Source of the DNA: Feifaniaceae bacterium
GTDB lineage: Bacteria > Bacillota > Clostridia > Oscillospirales > Feifaniaceae
NCBI GenBank assembly: GCA_045538835.1
Contig: JAZQEF010000018.1
Coordinates: 320,659 to 352,658, forward strand
Length of the DNA stretch: 32,000 bases
Direction of reading: 5' to 3'
Shown one piece after another: positions 14,598 through 22,662 of the stretch. Each line of letters opens with the position of its first letter. Within the stretch, counting starts at the first letter, position 1. The notes below the pieces were generated by a model. The model did no database searches, was not told the origin of the DNA, and was given only the letters and a program-made list of their open reading frames with translations. The translations under genes were made by a program, and so were the position numbers.

Positions 14598-15505
14598 GTT
14601 CTGTAGCTGACATTCTGCAAAAGCCTGAATACCTCGGTCACACAGTAAACTTCAAAACCTACAAAAAGTCATACAAGAGCAAAAAGAAAATGTGGAATGA
14701 CCCTTCTGATTGGCAAATTTTTGAGAATACGCACGAAGCGATAATTGATGAAGAAACTTTCCGCATCGTGCAACGAATCCGTGATGGCAGAAGAAAGGTC
14801 ACAAGGATGGGAGAAATGCCAATTCTCTCAGGTATGTTGTTCTGTGCTGATTGTGGAAAGAAATTATATCAAGTTCGCTGTACAACAATGAAGCAAAAGG
14901 AATATATGGTTTGCTCTACATATCGCAAGGTCAAAGGCGGATGCTCCTCACACCAAATACAGAATGAAACAATCGAGGCTTTGCTTCTTGACGGAATACG
15001 AAGTATTACAGCATTTGCAAGAAAACATGAAAATGAATTCGTAGAACTTGTTACAAAGAAATGCCGAGCAGATGTAGACAGAACTCTCCGTGATAGCAAA
15101 AGGGAACTTGAACAGGCACAGGCTCGTATCAAGAAACTCGATGAGATTATCCAAAGGCTTTATGATGACAACCTTGAAGGGAAGATTTCAGACGAGCGTT
15201 TCAGTAAAATGACCGCTAATTACGAAGCCAAACAACAAACTCTTGAAAGCCGGACACAGGAACTGAATGAGATAATTAATTCCGAGAAAGAAAATTCTCT
15301 TAATGCCGATAGGTTCTTGAAACTTGTGAGAAAGCACACGGACATTAAAGAACTCACGGCAGAAGTTCTCCGTGAGTTTGTAGAAAAAGTTTATGTGTAT
15401 CAAAGTGAGCGTGTTAATGGCAAAATGGTGCAACGCATCAAGATTATTTACAACTGCATAGGTGATTTCCAAACACCACCAACAGAATATGAAAAAACGG
15501 CATAG
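14598..15505 (+). pseudogene. Large serine recombinase, 5'-truncated (recombinase domain, zinc ribbon and coiled coil only)
   Basis: ..ADILQKPEYLGHTVNFKTYKKSYKSKKKMWNDPSDWQIFENTHEAIIDEETFRIVQRIRDGRRK..CADCGKKLYQ..MVCSTYRKVKGGCSSHQI..KKLDEIIQRLYDDNLEGKISDERFSKM. The N-terminal resolvase catalytic domain (active-site Ser) is absent. The track's GTG start at 14543 lies in sequence that is antisense to the giant ORF. Confidence 0.8.
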
Positions 15506-15623
15506 CCGATGTTGTTTTCGACTATGCCGATTATTTCCGGGATTAAAAATCCCTAAGTGAAGACACCAAATGGGGTGGTTTTTTATTTTTAGTTAAATCA
15601 AAGAGATTCGAACACTGAGAGGG

Positions 15624-15668
15624 CATTTTGCGTTAAGAAAACAATTAAGTATTGTTTTTAGCAAAATG
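15624..15668. repeat. Composite inverted repeat near the right island end
   Basis: cattttgc..aaaacaat / attgtttt..gcaaaatg. Two nested 8-bp arms surround a taagt centre. Confidence 0.5.
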
Positions 15669-15738
15669 TTGCGCAGTCCGTACCAAAGCCGTATGGCTTG
15701 GGTGGACAAGCAGTAAGGATTTGCCTTGCAAAGCCTTT

Positions 15739-15760
15739 TCTCTCCATCTCCGCCATAAAA
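15739..15760 (+). repeat. attR-like copy of the 22-bp direct repeat (tRNA-Ser 3' end without the rest of the tRNA)
   Basis: TCTCTCCATCTCCGCCATAAAA. No matching acceptor 5' strand (GGAGATG) lies upstream. Confidence 0.85.
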
Positions 15761-15761
15761 A

Positions 15762-15793
15762 AGAGTCCAGCATTATGACTGGACTCTTTTTTT
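15762..15793 (+). terminator. Probable native tRNA-Ser terminator, displaced by the island
   Basis: agagtccag/cattatga/ctggactct followed by T7, starting 2 nt after the right repeat. Confidence 0.7.
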
Positions 15794-15998
15794 AACTTAT
15801 CTAAAAACTAATGAAAATACAATTTTAAGTTAACAAATCGCAATTTTCCTCTCTTAATAACATTTAATTTATTATCAATTTTTTAATTTCCCCTACCATT
15901 AGTAGTACATCAACAAATAGGTTGAATTTTATATTTTTATTAATATATAATGTCATTAAAGAAAATATCTAATAGTGAATGAGTGGAGGAAAAGAAAA

Positions 15999-16802
15999 AT
16001 GTTAAGAACAGAAATGAGAAATCCCGATACATACAGTATCGGAGAAATGTCTACACTTGAAGCATTAAAAATCATCAATAACGAAAATAACAATGTTATT
16101 GCCGCTATCGAAAAAGCTTTACCCGATATAGAAAAGGCATGTGACGCTGTTGCTGAAACTGTTAAAAACGGCGGCAGAGTATTTTACATAGGCGCAGGCA
16201 CATCAGGCAGACTCGGCGTATGTGATGCTGCAGAGTGTCCTCCGACATTCGGTGTTTCACCCGATTTGTTTGTAGGAATCATGGCAGGCGGCTCCCAGTC
16301 CATGTTTAAGGCTACAGAAAATGTTGAGGACGATCCGATTGCTTCAGTTGCCGATTTAAAAGAACACGGTTTCTGTGAAAAAGATATTGTTATCGGCACA
16401 TCTGCTTCAGGTTCTGCAGCATATGTTATTGCAGGTATTGAATACGCAAAAAGCATCAATGCAAAGACAATATCGATCGTAAACAACCCTGAAACCAATC
16501 TCAGCGGAAAAGCAGATATAAACATCTGCGCTGATACAGGTCCCGAAGTAATCACAGGTTCCACAAGAATGAAGGCAGGTACTGCACAGAAGATCATTAT
16601 GAATATGATTTCAACTGTAGCAATGGTAAAATGCGGTCATGTGTACGAAAATCTGATGATCAATCTCAGACCCACAAATAAAAAACTTCGCCGCAGAATG
16701 ATAGGCATCGTTGTTGAGATACTTAAATGCTCGGAAAGCGAAGCAGAAGAACGTCTGGAAAAAGCAGATTGGAGCATTCGTACTGCAGTCGGCAAAAACT
16801 GA
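15999..16802 (+). CDS. murQ: N-acetylmuramic acid 6-phosphate etherase (SIS domain)
   Basis: MLRTEMRNPDTYSIGEMSTLEALKIINNEN..GGRVFYIGAGTSGRLGVCDAAECPPTFGV..VIGTSASG..ITGSTRMKAGTAQK. GGAGG RBS lies 9 nt before the ATG at 15999. Confidence 0.88.
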   Translation: MLRTEMRNPDTYSIGEMSTLEALKIINNENNNVIAAIEKALPDIEKACDAVAETVKNGGRVFYIGAGTSGRLGVCDAAECPPTFGVSPDLFVGIMAGGSQSMFKATENVEDDPIASVADLKEHGFCEKDIVIGTSASGSAAYVIAGIEYAKSINAKTISIVNNPETNLSGKADINICADTGPEVITGSTRMKAGTAQKIIMNMISTVAMVKCGHVYENLMINLRPTNKKLRRRMIGIVVEILKCSESEAEERLEKADWSIRTAVGKN

Positions 16803-16810
16803 TTTCATAA

Positions 16811-16840
16811 AAAATCCCGAAAAAACTTTCGGGATTTTTT
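16811..16840 (+). terminator. murQ terminator
   Basis: aatcccgaaa/aaac/tttcgggatt followed by a T-run. Confidence 0.75.
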
Positions 16841-16908
16841 CATTTAGTTTTCATTTTTGGATATAAGGTTATAATATGGCTATAAGATAACTTGACAGGA
16901 GTTGAAGT

Positions 16909-18243
16909 ATGACCAAATATAACTTAGCAGTAGATAAGCACAGAAATCTTATCATTGAGGCTCAAACCTATATCTGGGCAAATCCAGAGACCGGTTATAG
17001 AGAAGTTAAAACTTCAGAATATATGGAAAATGCCTTCAAGAAACTCGGTTACGATCTTGTAAAAGCGAAAAATATCCCCGGGTTTTATACCGTTATTGAC
17101 ACAGGCCGTCCCGGTCCGGAAGTGCTGGTTTTAGGTGAACTCGATGCTCTTTTGTGCCCCGATCACCCTGATGCCGATCCAAAAACAGGCGCCGTACACT
17201 GTTGCGGGCACAGCGCTCAGTGTGCCGCGCTCTTAGGACTTGCCGCAGCATTAAAAGAGCCGGGTATTTTAGATGACTTTTCAGGAAGGATACGTCTTTG
17301 CGCCGTACCTGCAGAGGAACTTATAGAAATAGAATACCGCACTTCTTTGGGCAAAGAGGGGCGTATCCGCTATTTAGTCGGTAAAACCGAATTTCTATAC
17401 CGCGGCTACTTTGACGGAGTAGATATAGCCTTTATGGTACACACTTCACAGAGTGAAGGTTTTTCTATAAGACGAGGTTCAATAGGTTGTATTGCCAAGC
17501 GTGTTGTTTATAAAGGTGTGTCAGCACATGCAGGTGCAACTCCGTGGAGCGGTTGCAATGCTCTGTACGCCGCTAATTTAGGTCTTTGTGCTATCAATTC
17601 CATCCGTGAGACATTTAAGGACGCTGACTCTATCCGAGTGCATCCCATAATCACACATGGCGGCGGCGCTGTAAATGCAATTCCCGATAGAGTGGTTATA
17701 GAAAGTTTCGTTCGCGGCAAAACTTTTGATGGGATCCGTGAAGCAAATGATCGTGTTAACCGCGCTTTATGCGGCGCAGCGCTGTCTTTGGGAGCAAATA
17801 TAGATATTCAGGACACCATGGGATATGCCCCGCTTTACAACAGTGACGGTATGATGACTATTGCCCGTGATGCCACTAAAATACTTCCCGACCTTCCTGT
17901 CAATTACCTCGATGCTGTCGGCTCAGGAAGTACAGATATGGGCGATCTGTCCGCTCTTATGCCGGTAGTCCATCCTTATATTTCGGGGGCATCGGGAATA
18001 AGTCACGGCTGCAATTATAAAATTGCAGATCCCGGCCTTGCCTGTGTAGGCTCTGCAAAATGGCAACTTGCCATGCTTGCCTTGCTCTTAAAGGACGGTG
18101 CCGCAAGAGCAAAACAGATAATATCGGATTTTAAGCCGCAGTTTACATCAAAGAAAGAATACTTTGAATATATTGATGATTTTCTTTCTTCGGGTGACCG
18201 TATCACCTACAGCGAAGATAAAACCGCAACTGTAAAACTGTAA
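16909..18243 (+). CDS. M20-family amidohydrolase/peptidase (AbgB-like)
   Basis: ..YIWANPETGYREVKTSEYMENAFKKLGY..LGELDAL..HCCGHSAQ..ELIEIEYR.. This layout is typical of M20D amidohydrolases (metal-binding H/D/E blocks plus a dimerisation insert). Confidence 0.75.
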   Translation: MTKYNLAVDKHRNLIIEAQTYIWANPETGYREVKTSEYMENAFKKLGYDLVKAKNIPGFYTVIDTGRPGPEVLVLGELDALLCPDHPDADPKTGAVHCCGHSAQCAALLGLAAALKEPGILDDFSGRIRLCAVPAEELIEIEYRTSLGKEGRIRYLVGKTEFLYRGYFDGVDIAFMVHTSQSEGFSIRRGSIGCIAKRVVYKGVSAHAGATPWSGCNALYAANLGLCAINSIRETFKDADSIRVHPIITHGGGAVNAIPDRVVIESFVRGKTFDGIREANDRVNRALCGAALSLGANIDIQDTMGYAPLYNSDGMMTIARDATKILPDLPVNYLDAVGSGSTDMGDLSALMPVVHPYISGASGISHGCNYKIADPGLACVGSAKWQLAMLALLLKDGAARAKQIISDFKPQFTSKKEYFEYIDDFLSSGDRITYSEDKTATVKL

Positions 18244-18246
18244 AAT

Positions 18247-18272
18247 CAAAGCCACCCTACGGGTGGCTTTTC
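18247..18272. terminator. Bidirectional terminator between convergent genes
   Basis: aagccaccc/tac/gggtggctt with flanking A/T runs. Confidence 0.7.
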
Positions 18273-18274
18273 CA

Positions 18275-19453
18275 TTAAAATATTTTTAGTTTTTTTACTA
18301 ATTTTCGGACACTTTTATAGAGAAAGCCCTCAAGTTCTTTCTGCGCATTTTTAAGTTCTTTACGTATTTCAATATTCTGTGGGCAATGCTTTTCACATTT
18401 TCCGCACTCTATACAGTTTGATGCCGCTGTAGAGTTCTTTCGAAGTGCGGTACACATCGTATACTCAACAAGTCCCCAGAATTTATTTTCGGAATACCTG
18501 CGGTTATATGCCGCAAATGTGCCCGGTATATCCACATTCTGCGGACAGGGCATGCAGTATCCGCACCCTGTGCAGCCTACCTTCATTTTCGAATTTATGG
18601 CTTTGACAACATTTTGAAGCATTTCTTCCTCTTTGGGTCCGAGTTCTCCGACAGCAACGGTAGATGCCGTCTGAATATTGTCCTCTACCATTTCAATAGA
18701 ATTCATACCCGACAGAACACACATCACCTCAGGCTGATTCCAGAGCCAGCGGAATGCCCACTGCGCGGGCGTGTATTTTATGTGATAGTCTTCAAAAATA
18801 CGTTTTGCTTCATCGGGAAGTCTGTTGACAAGTTTTCCGCCCCGGAGCGGCTCCATTATAACAACGGGTATATTTTTGTCATACGCATAATTAAGTCCTC
18901 TTCTTCCCGCCTGCGAATGCTCGTCCATATAGTTATACTGTATCTGACAGAAGTCCCAGTCATATGCATCTATCAATTTGCAGAACATATCCGAGTTGCC
19001 GTGATACGAAAAACCGACCTGAGAAATAGCACCGCTTTTCTTTTTTTCTTCAAGCCATGTATCAATACCGAGTTCCTTTAGCGTGTTCCATTTTTCAACA
19101 TCGGTAAGCATATGCATCAAATAGAAATCAATATGATCGGTCTTGAGTCTTTTTAACTGTTCGGAAAAGAGTTTTTCTATTCCCTCTTTGCTGCGGATAA
19201 GATAGTGCGGCAGTTTTGTTGCTATATAAACATTATCACGAATACCGTTTTTATCCAGAATCTCTCCGAGTGCCGCCTCACTTCCGGGATATACATAGGC
19301 AGTATCAAAATAATTTACGCCGCCTTCTATTGCGGTCATTATCTCACGTTCAGCCTCCAAGATATCTATCTTGCCCATTTTTTGCTTAAAACGCATACAG
19401 CCAAATCCCAGTATTGAAATCTGATTTCCAAATTTATCCAAACGGTAATTCAT
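18275..19453 (-). CDS. Aldo/keto reductase fused to a C-terminal 4Fe-4S ferredoxin-type domain
   Basis: The N-terminus ISILGFGCMRF..YFDTAYVYPGSE..DHIDFYLMH is an AKR barrel. The C-terminus carries CTGCGYCMPCPQN and CIECGKCEKHCPQN cluster motifs. Confidence 0.85.
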   Translation of the reverse strand: MNYRLDKFGNQISILGFGCMRFKQKMGKIDILEAEREIMTAIEGGVNYFDTAYVYPGSEAALGEILDKNGIRDNVYIATKLPHYLIRSKEGIEKLFSEQLKRLKTDHIDFYLMHMLTDVEKWNTLKELGIDTWLEEKKKSGAISQVGFSYHGNSDMFCKLIDAYDWDFCQIQYNYMDEHSQAGRRGLNYAYDKNIPVVIMEPLRGGKLVNRLPDEAKRIFEDYHIKYTPAQWAFRWLWNQPEVMCVLSGMNSIEMVEDNIQTASTVAVGELGPKEEEMLQNVVKAINSKMKVGCTGCGYCMPCPQNVDIPGTFAAYNRRYSENKFWGLVEYTMCTALRKNSTAASNCIECGKCEKHCPQNIEIRKELKNAQKELEGFLYKSVRKLVKKLKIF

Positions 19454-19591
19454 ATATCACACCTACCTTTTAATTAAATTATAATATGATTTACAAAATA
19501 TTTCTATACTATTTAATTATCAAAGAACATAAAATCTGTATATACATATACTGAAATGATGTCTGAATTTACATTCATAACGGAGGACAAT

Positions 19592-20482
19592 ATGTACACT
19601 GATAATTATGTGGTAAAATCATTGGAACTTCACCTGTTTTTCGGTCGGCTAATGAAAGAACACTCTCTGTTTTTAAGAGCCGGTTTCACGCCTGTTGATG
19701 CCGCTTTTTCAAATAAAGCAGAGTTTTTTAAAAAAGAATTTGAAAGATTACTCAGCAGAGCAGTATTTCTCAGTAACGGGATCGTCTCACATGATGTTTT
19801 ATGCTCAGGAGAAATCGTTACGGAATTTACACTTCTTGCAGAAAAGCAGACAGAAGCTTTTACCGGCATTTCAATCAACAGAGAAATCACCGAGAGAACA
19901 CTTCACTTAAATGAAGGCAGCTGTCAGAATTTCAGTTTAGGCATGCGCCGTCAGGTACAACACCTCAATCAAAGAGCACTCGAACTTCTCGACGGTCTTA
20001 TCTCTTTTAAAGAACTCATTTTTAATAATGTCTTATCCTGTGAGATGTTCACTATGAACTATCCGCTGCTTATTGAACACATTATCAGAGAGGCAAAGTT
20101 ATACCGAGAATATGTCGAAACACTTGAAAGCGAAGGTTGTCTCAGTGACAATTCCATGCAAGATGTGGAGTGTTTCTGGAACCGTATAATGATGGAACAT
20201 GCTATGTTTATTCGCGGACTTCTTGATCCCTCTGAGACAGATCTTATTAATTCCGCTGACGGTTTTGCAAAAGACTATTCCGCGCTGTTAAAATCCTGCC
20301 GACGTGCGCATGATGAGACATTTACATCGGCCACATTAGCGGAAACTATAAAATTCAGAGATTTTAAAATGGCAGGCACACAGGGAATTCAGGAATGTGA
20401 AATTCGTTCAGTGATCCTGCCGCTTCTTGCAGATCATGTGCTGCGTGAAGCCAATCACTATATACGACTGCTTAAAGCGTAA
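19592..20482 (+). CDS. DUF2935 family protein (two-repeat helical bundle)
   Basis: SLELHLFFGRLMKEHSLFLRAGF, and a second repeat FWNRIMMEHAMFIRGLLDP. These match my memory of the DUF2935 signature. GGAGG RBS precedes the ATG at 19592. Confidence 0.7.
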   Translation: MYTDNYVVKSLELHLFFGRLMKEHSLFLRAGFTPVDAAFSNKAEFFKKEFERLLSRAVFLSNGIVSHDVLCSGEIVTEFTLLAEKQTEAFTGISINREITERTLHLNEGSCQNFSLGMRRQVQHLNQRALELLDGLISFKELIFNNVLSCEMFTMNYPLLIEHIIREAKLYREYVETLESEGCLSDNSMQDVECFWNRIMMEHAMFIRGLLDPSETDLINSADGFAKDYSALLKSCRRAHDETFTSATLAETIKFRDFKMAGTQGIQECEIRSVILPLLADHVLREANHYIRLLKA

Positions 20483-20490
20483 ACTCTTTT

Positions 20491-20520
20491 AAAAGCACCT
20501 GCAAAGGTGCTTTTATTTTT
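20491..20520 (+). terminator. Terminator after the DUF2935 gene
   Basis: aaaagcacct/gcaa/aggtgctttt followed by a T-rich run. Confidence 0.7.
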
Positions 20521-20581
20521 ATTAAAGAATACATAACAAAAATATGGCAATTATAATTATTGGAAAGTGAGGCTGTATTTT

Positions 20582-21250
20582 ATGTTTAAACACGAAAAAA
20601 TGCTATTTCATCCTGTGGAAATCGAAAGACCAAACCCGCAATATGCTGCACTTCTTCAGGAACAGCTCGGAGGCGGAAACGGTGAACTTAAAGCTGCCAT
20701 GCAGTATATGTCACAGAGTTTCAGGATCAAGGATCCCGAGATCAAGGATCTCTTTCTCGACATTGCTGCAGAAGAACTCAGCCATATGGAAATGATAGCG
20801 CAGACTATAACCCTGCTCAACGGTCACGATGTCGATGTACGAGCAGTGCCTGCCGGCGAGGTCCAGACCCATGTACTCTTCGGTCTAAATCCGGGACTTA
20901 TCAATGCATCTGGTTACTCTTGGACGGGAGACTATGTAACCGTGACGGGAGACCTTTGCGCCGACCTTCTTTCAAATATTGCATCTGAGCAGCGCGCAAA
21001 AGTAGTTTACGAATATCTTTACAGACAGATCAATGACAAAAAGGTAAAAGAGACTATCGATTTTCTTTTAAATCGCGAAGAAGCGCACAATGCAATGTTC
21101 AGAGAAGCCTTCAACAAGGTACAGAACAGTGGTTCAAACCGTGATTTTGGAACAACACAAGCCGCAAAAATGTATTTCAGTTTATCTGAGCCCTCTCCTG
21201 CCGACAATCCTTTTGCAAATAAAGATGTTGATCCACCGTCTTTTAAATAA
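20582..21250 (+). CDS. Manganese catalase family protein (CotJC-like)
   Basis: MFKHEKMLFHPVEIERPNPQYAALLQEQLGGGNGELKAAMQYMSQSF..AAEELSHMEMIA..ASEQRAK..REEAHNAMF. These are the ferritin-like di-metal ligand blocks. Confidence 0.88.
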   Translation: MFKHEKMLFHPVEIERPNPQYAALLQEQLGGGNGELKAAMQYMSQSFRIKDPEIKDLFLDIAAEELSHMEMIAQTITLLNGHDVDVRAVPAGEVQTHVLFGLNPGLINASGYSWTGDYVTVTGDLCADLLSNIASEQRAKVVYEYLYRQINDKKVKETIDFLLNREEAHNAMFREAFNKVQNSGSNRDFGTTQAAKMYFSLSEPSPADNPFANKDVDPPSFK

Positions 21251-21251
21251 T

Positions 21252-21283
21252 AAAAGTCTGTCCCTTGAGGGACAGACTTTTAT
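21252..21283. terminator. Bidirectional terminator
   Basis: Perfect 12-bp stem aaagtctgtccc/ttga/gggacagacttt. Confidence 0.8.
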
Positions 21284-21990
21284 TATAGATTTTCTACATA
21301 TTTAATAAGAGATTTAAAATCACCTGAGGGATAAACTGATATATCTGCATCATCTTTGTTAATTATGCAGTCAGTCAGAAGAAATACCTTTATTCCCACC
21401 GTCTGCGCAATCATATCTTCTCTGACATCGTTGCCGACCATCAGACATTCCTGCGGAGCAAGTCCGAGTCTGTCTGCAATATCAATATAGTACTTGGGAT
21501 TAGGCTTACTGTAGCACGAATTCTCATATGTGGTGTAAAATTCAAAGTCCTCAGGCTTAAGACCTGCCCAGCAAATACGTTTTTCCGTAGCAATGGCAGG
21601 AAAAATGGGATTTGTTGCAAGTGCCACACGAAGTCCCTTTTTCTTTATTTTTAATACTGCTTCTGCCGCAAGCGGAGCAAATCCGCAGGACACCTTTGCA
21701 CCGTCAAACTCATTGTGATAAAACTCTTCAAAAAGGGGCATATCATCTTTGGATTTTTCACCGTAACGCGCAGTAAAATCATCCCAGAAAACAGTCTCAT
21801 TGTTTTTCTCGCCGTTATTCTTTACCATAGCGGCAGTTCCCGACCATATGGCATCAATAAGCTGCTTTGCCTCGTATCCGCGAGGCGCAAGTTTTGTTGC
21901 AAGCAAAGTAAAATAACATTTTGTAAATTCATTCTGATCCATCGGCAGTAATGTACCGTCAAGATCAAATAAAACAGCCTTTATGCTCAT
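21283..21990 (-). CDS. HAD-IA family hydrolase
   Basis: MSIKAVLFDLDGTLL (motif I)..ALATNP..VGNDVREDM. The start is taken at the ATG at 21990, because the track extension to 22065 overlaps the DegV 3' end. Confidence 0.8.
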   Translation of the reverse strand: MSIKAVLFDLDGTLLPMDQNEFTKCYFTLLATKLAPRGYEAKQLIDAIWSGTAAMVKNNGEKNNETVFWDDFTARYGEKSKDDMPLFEEFYHNEFDGAKVSCGFAPLAAEAVLKIKKKGLRVALATNPIFPAIATEKRICWAGLKPEDFEFYTTYENSCYSKPNPKYYIDIADRLGLAPQECLMVGNDVREDMIAQTVGIKVFLLTDCIINKDDADISVYPSGDFKSLIKYVENL

Positions 21991-22006
21991 AAAGCCATCC
22001 TCTTCT

Positions 22007-22653
22007 CTATTTCTTAAAAAATGCCGCGGCAACCGCGCCCGGACCTGCATGTGTACCAATGGCACCGCCGATTATGGTTGTGTGCAGTTCGTTTGCACCG
22101 TTCTCCCACAGAGCCTTACTGTCCTCAATATACTTCTGCAAGAGCGCATCGCTTAGACCAGTATAACCCAGAAGCACAGGTTTGTCAAAGTCAACACCGC
22201 CTGCTTTTTCTATTTCCTGAACAAGCAGATTATTTCCCTGCTTTGAGCCGCGCGCTTTTCCGAGAATACTTATTTCACCGCCCACTACGGAAATTACAGG
22301 TTTTATACCGAGTATACCGCCTGCAAAAGCCACCGTTTTTGATATTCTGCCGCCGCTATGGTAGCGCTCTGATATGTTCCCGAAAGTTTTGACGAAACTG
22401 TCAGAACCACTGCGCAGTCACCTGCCCTTGTCACTTCTTCAAACACTTTGGCAAATTCCGCAGGACTTGCCTGACTTGTTGTGGGCAAAACATCGCTTTC
22501 TATTAATTTTTCATAGAATTCTTTGTGACTTAGCGTCACACCGTCTTGATATGCCGTATCACCGAAAATAACGGTCATAGGCACAATTGTAAGTCTGTCT
22601 ATTATGTTTTCATTAAAATCTGCTGCTGAGTCAATAATAATTCTTACTTTCAT
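22007..22653 (-). pseudogene. DegV family fatty-acid-binding protein with an internal deletion plus frameshift
   Basis: The N-terminal frame reads MKVRIIIDSAADF..VSSKLSGTYQSATIAAAEY and then runs into nonsense and a stop. In the +2 frame the same nucleotides continue GGRISKTVAFAGGILGIKPV...IGTHAGPGAVAAAFF. The central third of a normal ~280-aa DegV is missing. Confidence 0.75.
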
Positions 22654-22662
22654 CTATGTCTC

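Larger units (their letters stand above)
5186..15760. mobile_element. Integrated genomic island (decayed integrative element) at the 3' end of tRNA-Ser
   Basis: A perfect 22-bp direct repeat TCTCTCCATCTCCGCCATAAAA lies at 5186-5207 (last 17 nt of the tRNA plus 5 nt) and at 15739-15760. A recombinase remnant sits about 230 bp inside the right repeat. The native-looking tRNA terminator lies just outside the right repeat. Confidence 0.75.

Noticed and set aside
15601-15738. Possible second tRNA or tRNA remnant upstream of the right repeat (gattcgaac at ~15605-15613 resembles a T-loop)
   Set aside because: I could find no acceptor 5' strand (GGAGATG), no D-arm and no anticodon stem. Only the final 17 nt of tRNA-Ser are duplicated.
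15794-15998. Riboswitch or leader upstream of murQ
   Set aside because: This is an AT-rich spacer with a plausible promoter (TTGAAT ... TATAAT-like at ~15921-15952). I could not recognise any conserved riboswitch or T-box elements.
19454-19591. Sporulation-sigma (sigE/sigK) promoter upstream of the DUF2935 gene (CATATACT at ~19540)
   Set aside because: The -10-like element differs from the consensus, and I could not place a matching -35 element at the correct spacing.
21991-22065. Track extension of the HAD hydrolase ORF to 22065
   Set aside because: It overlaps the DegV 3' end. The canonical HAD motif I (FDLDGTLL) follows the internal ATG at 21990.
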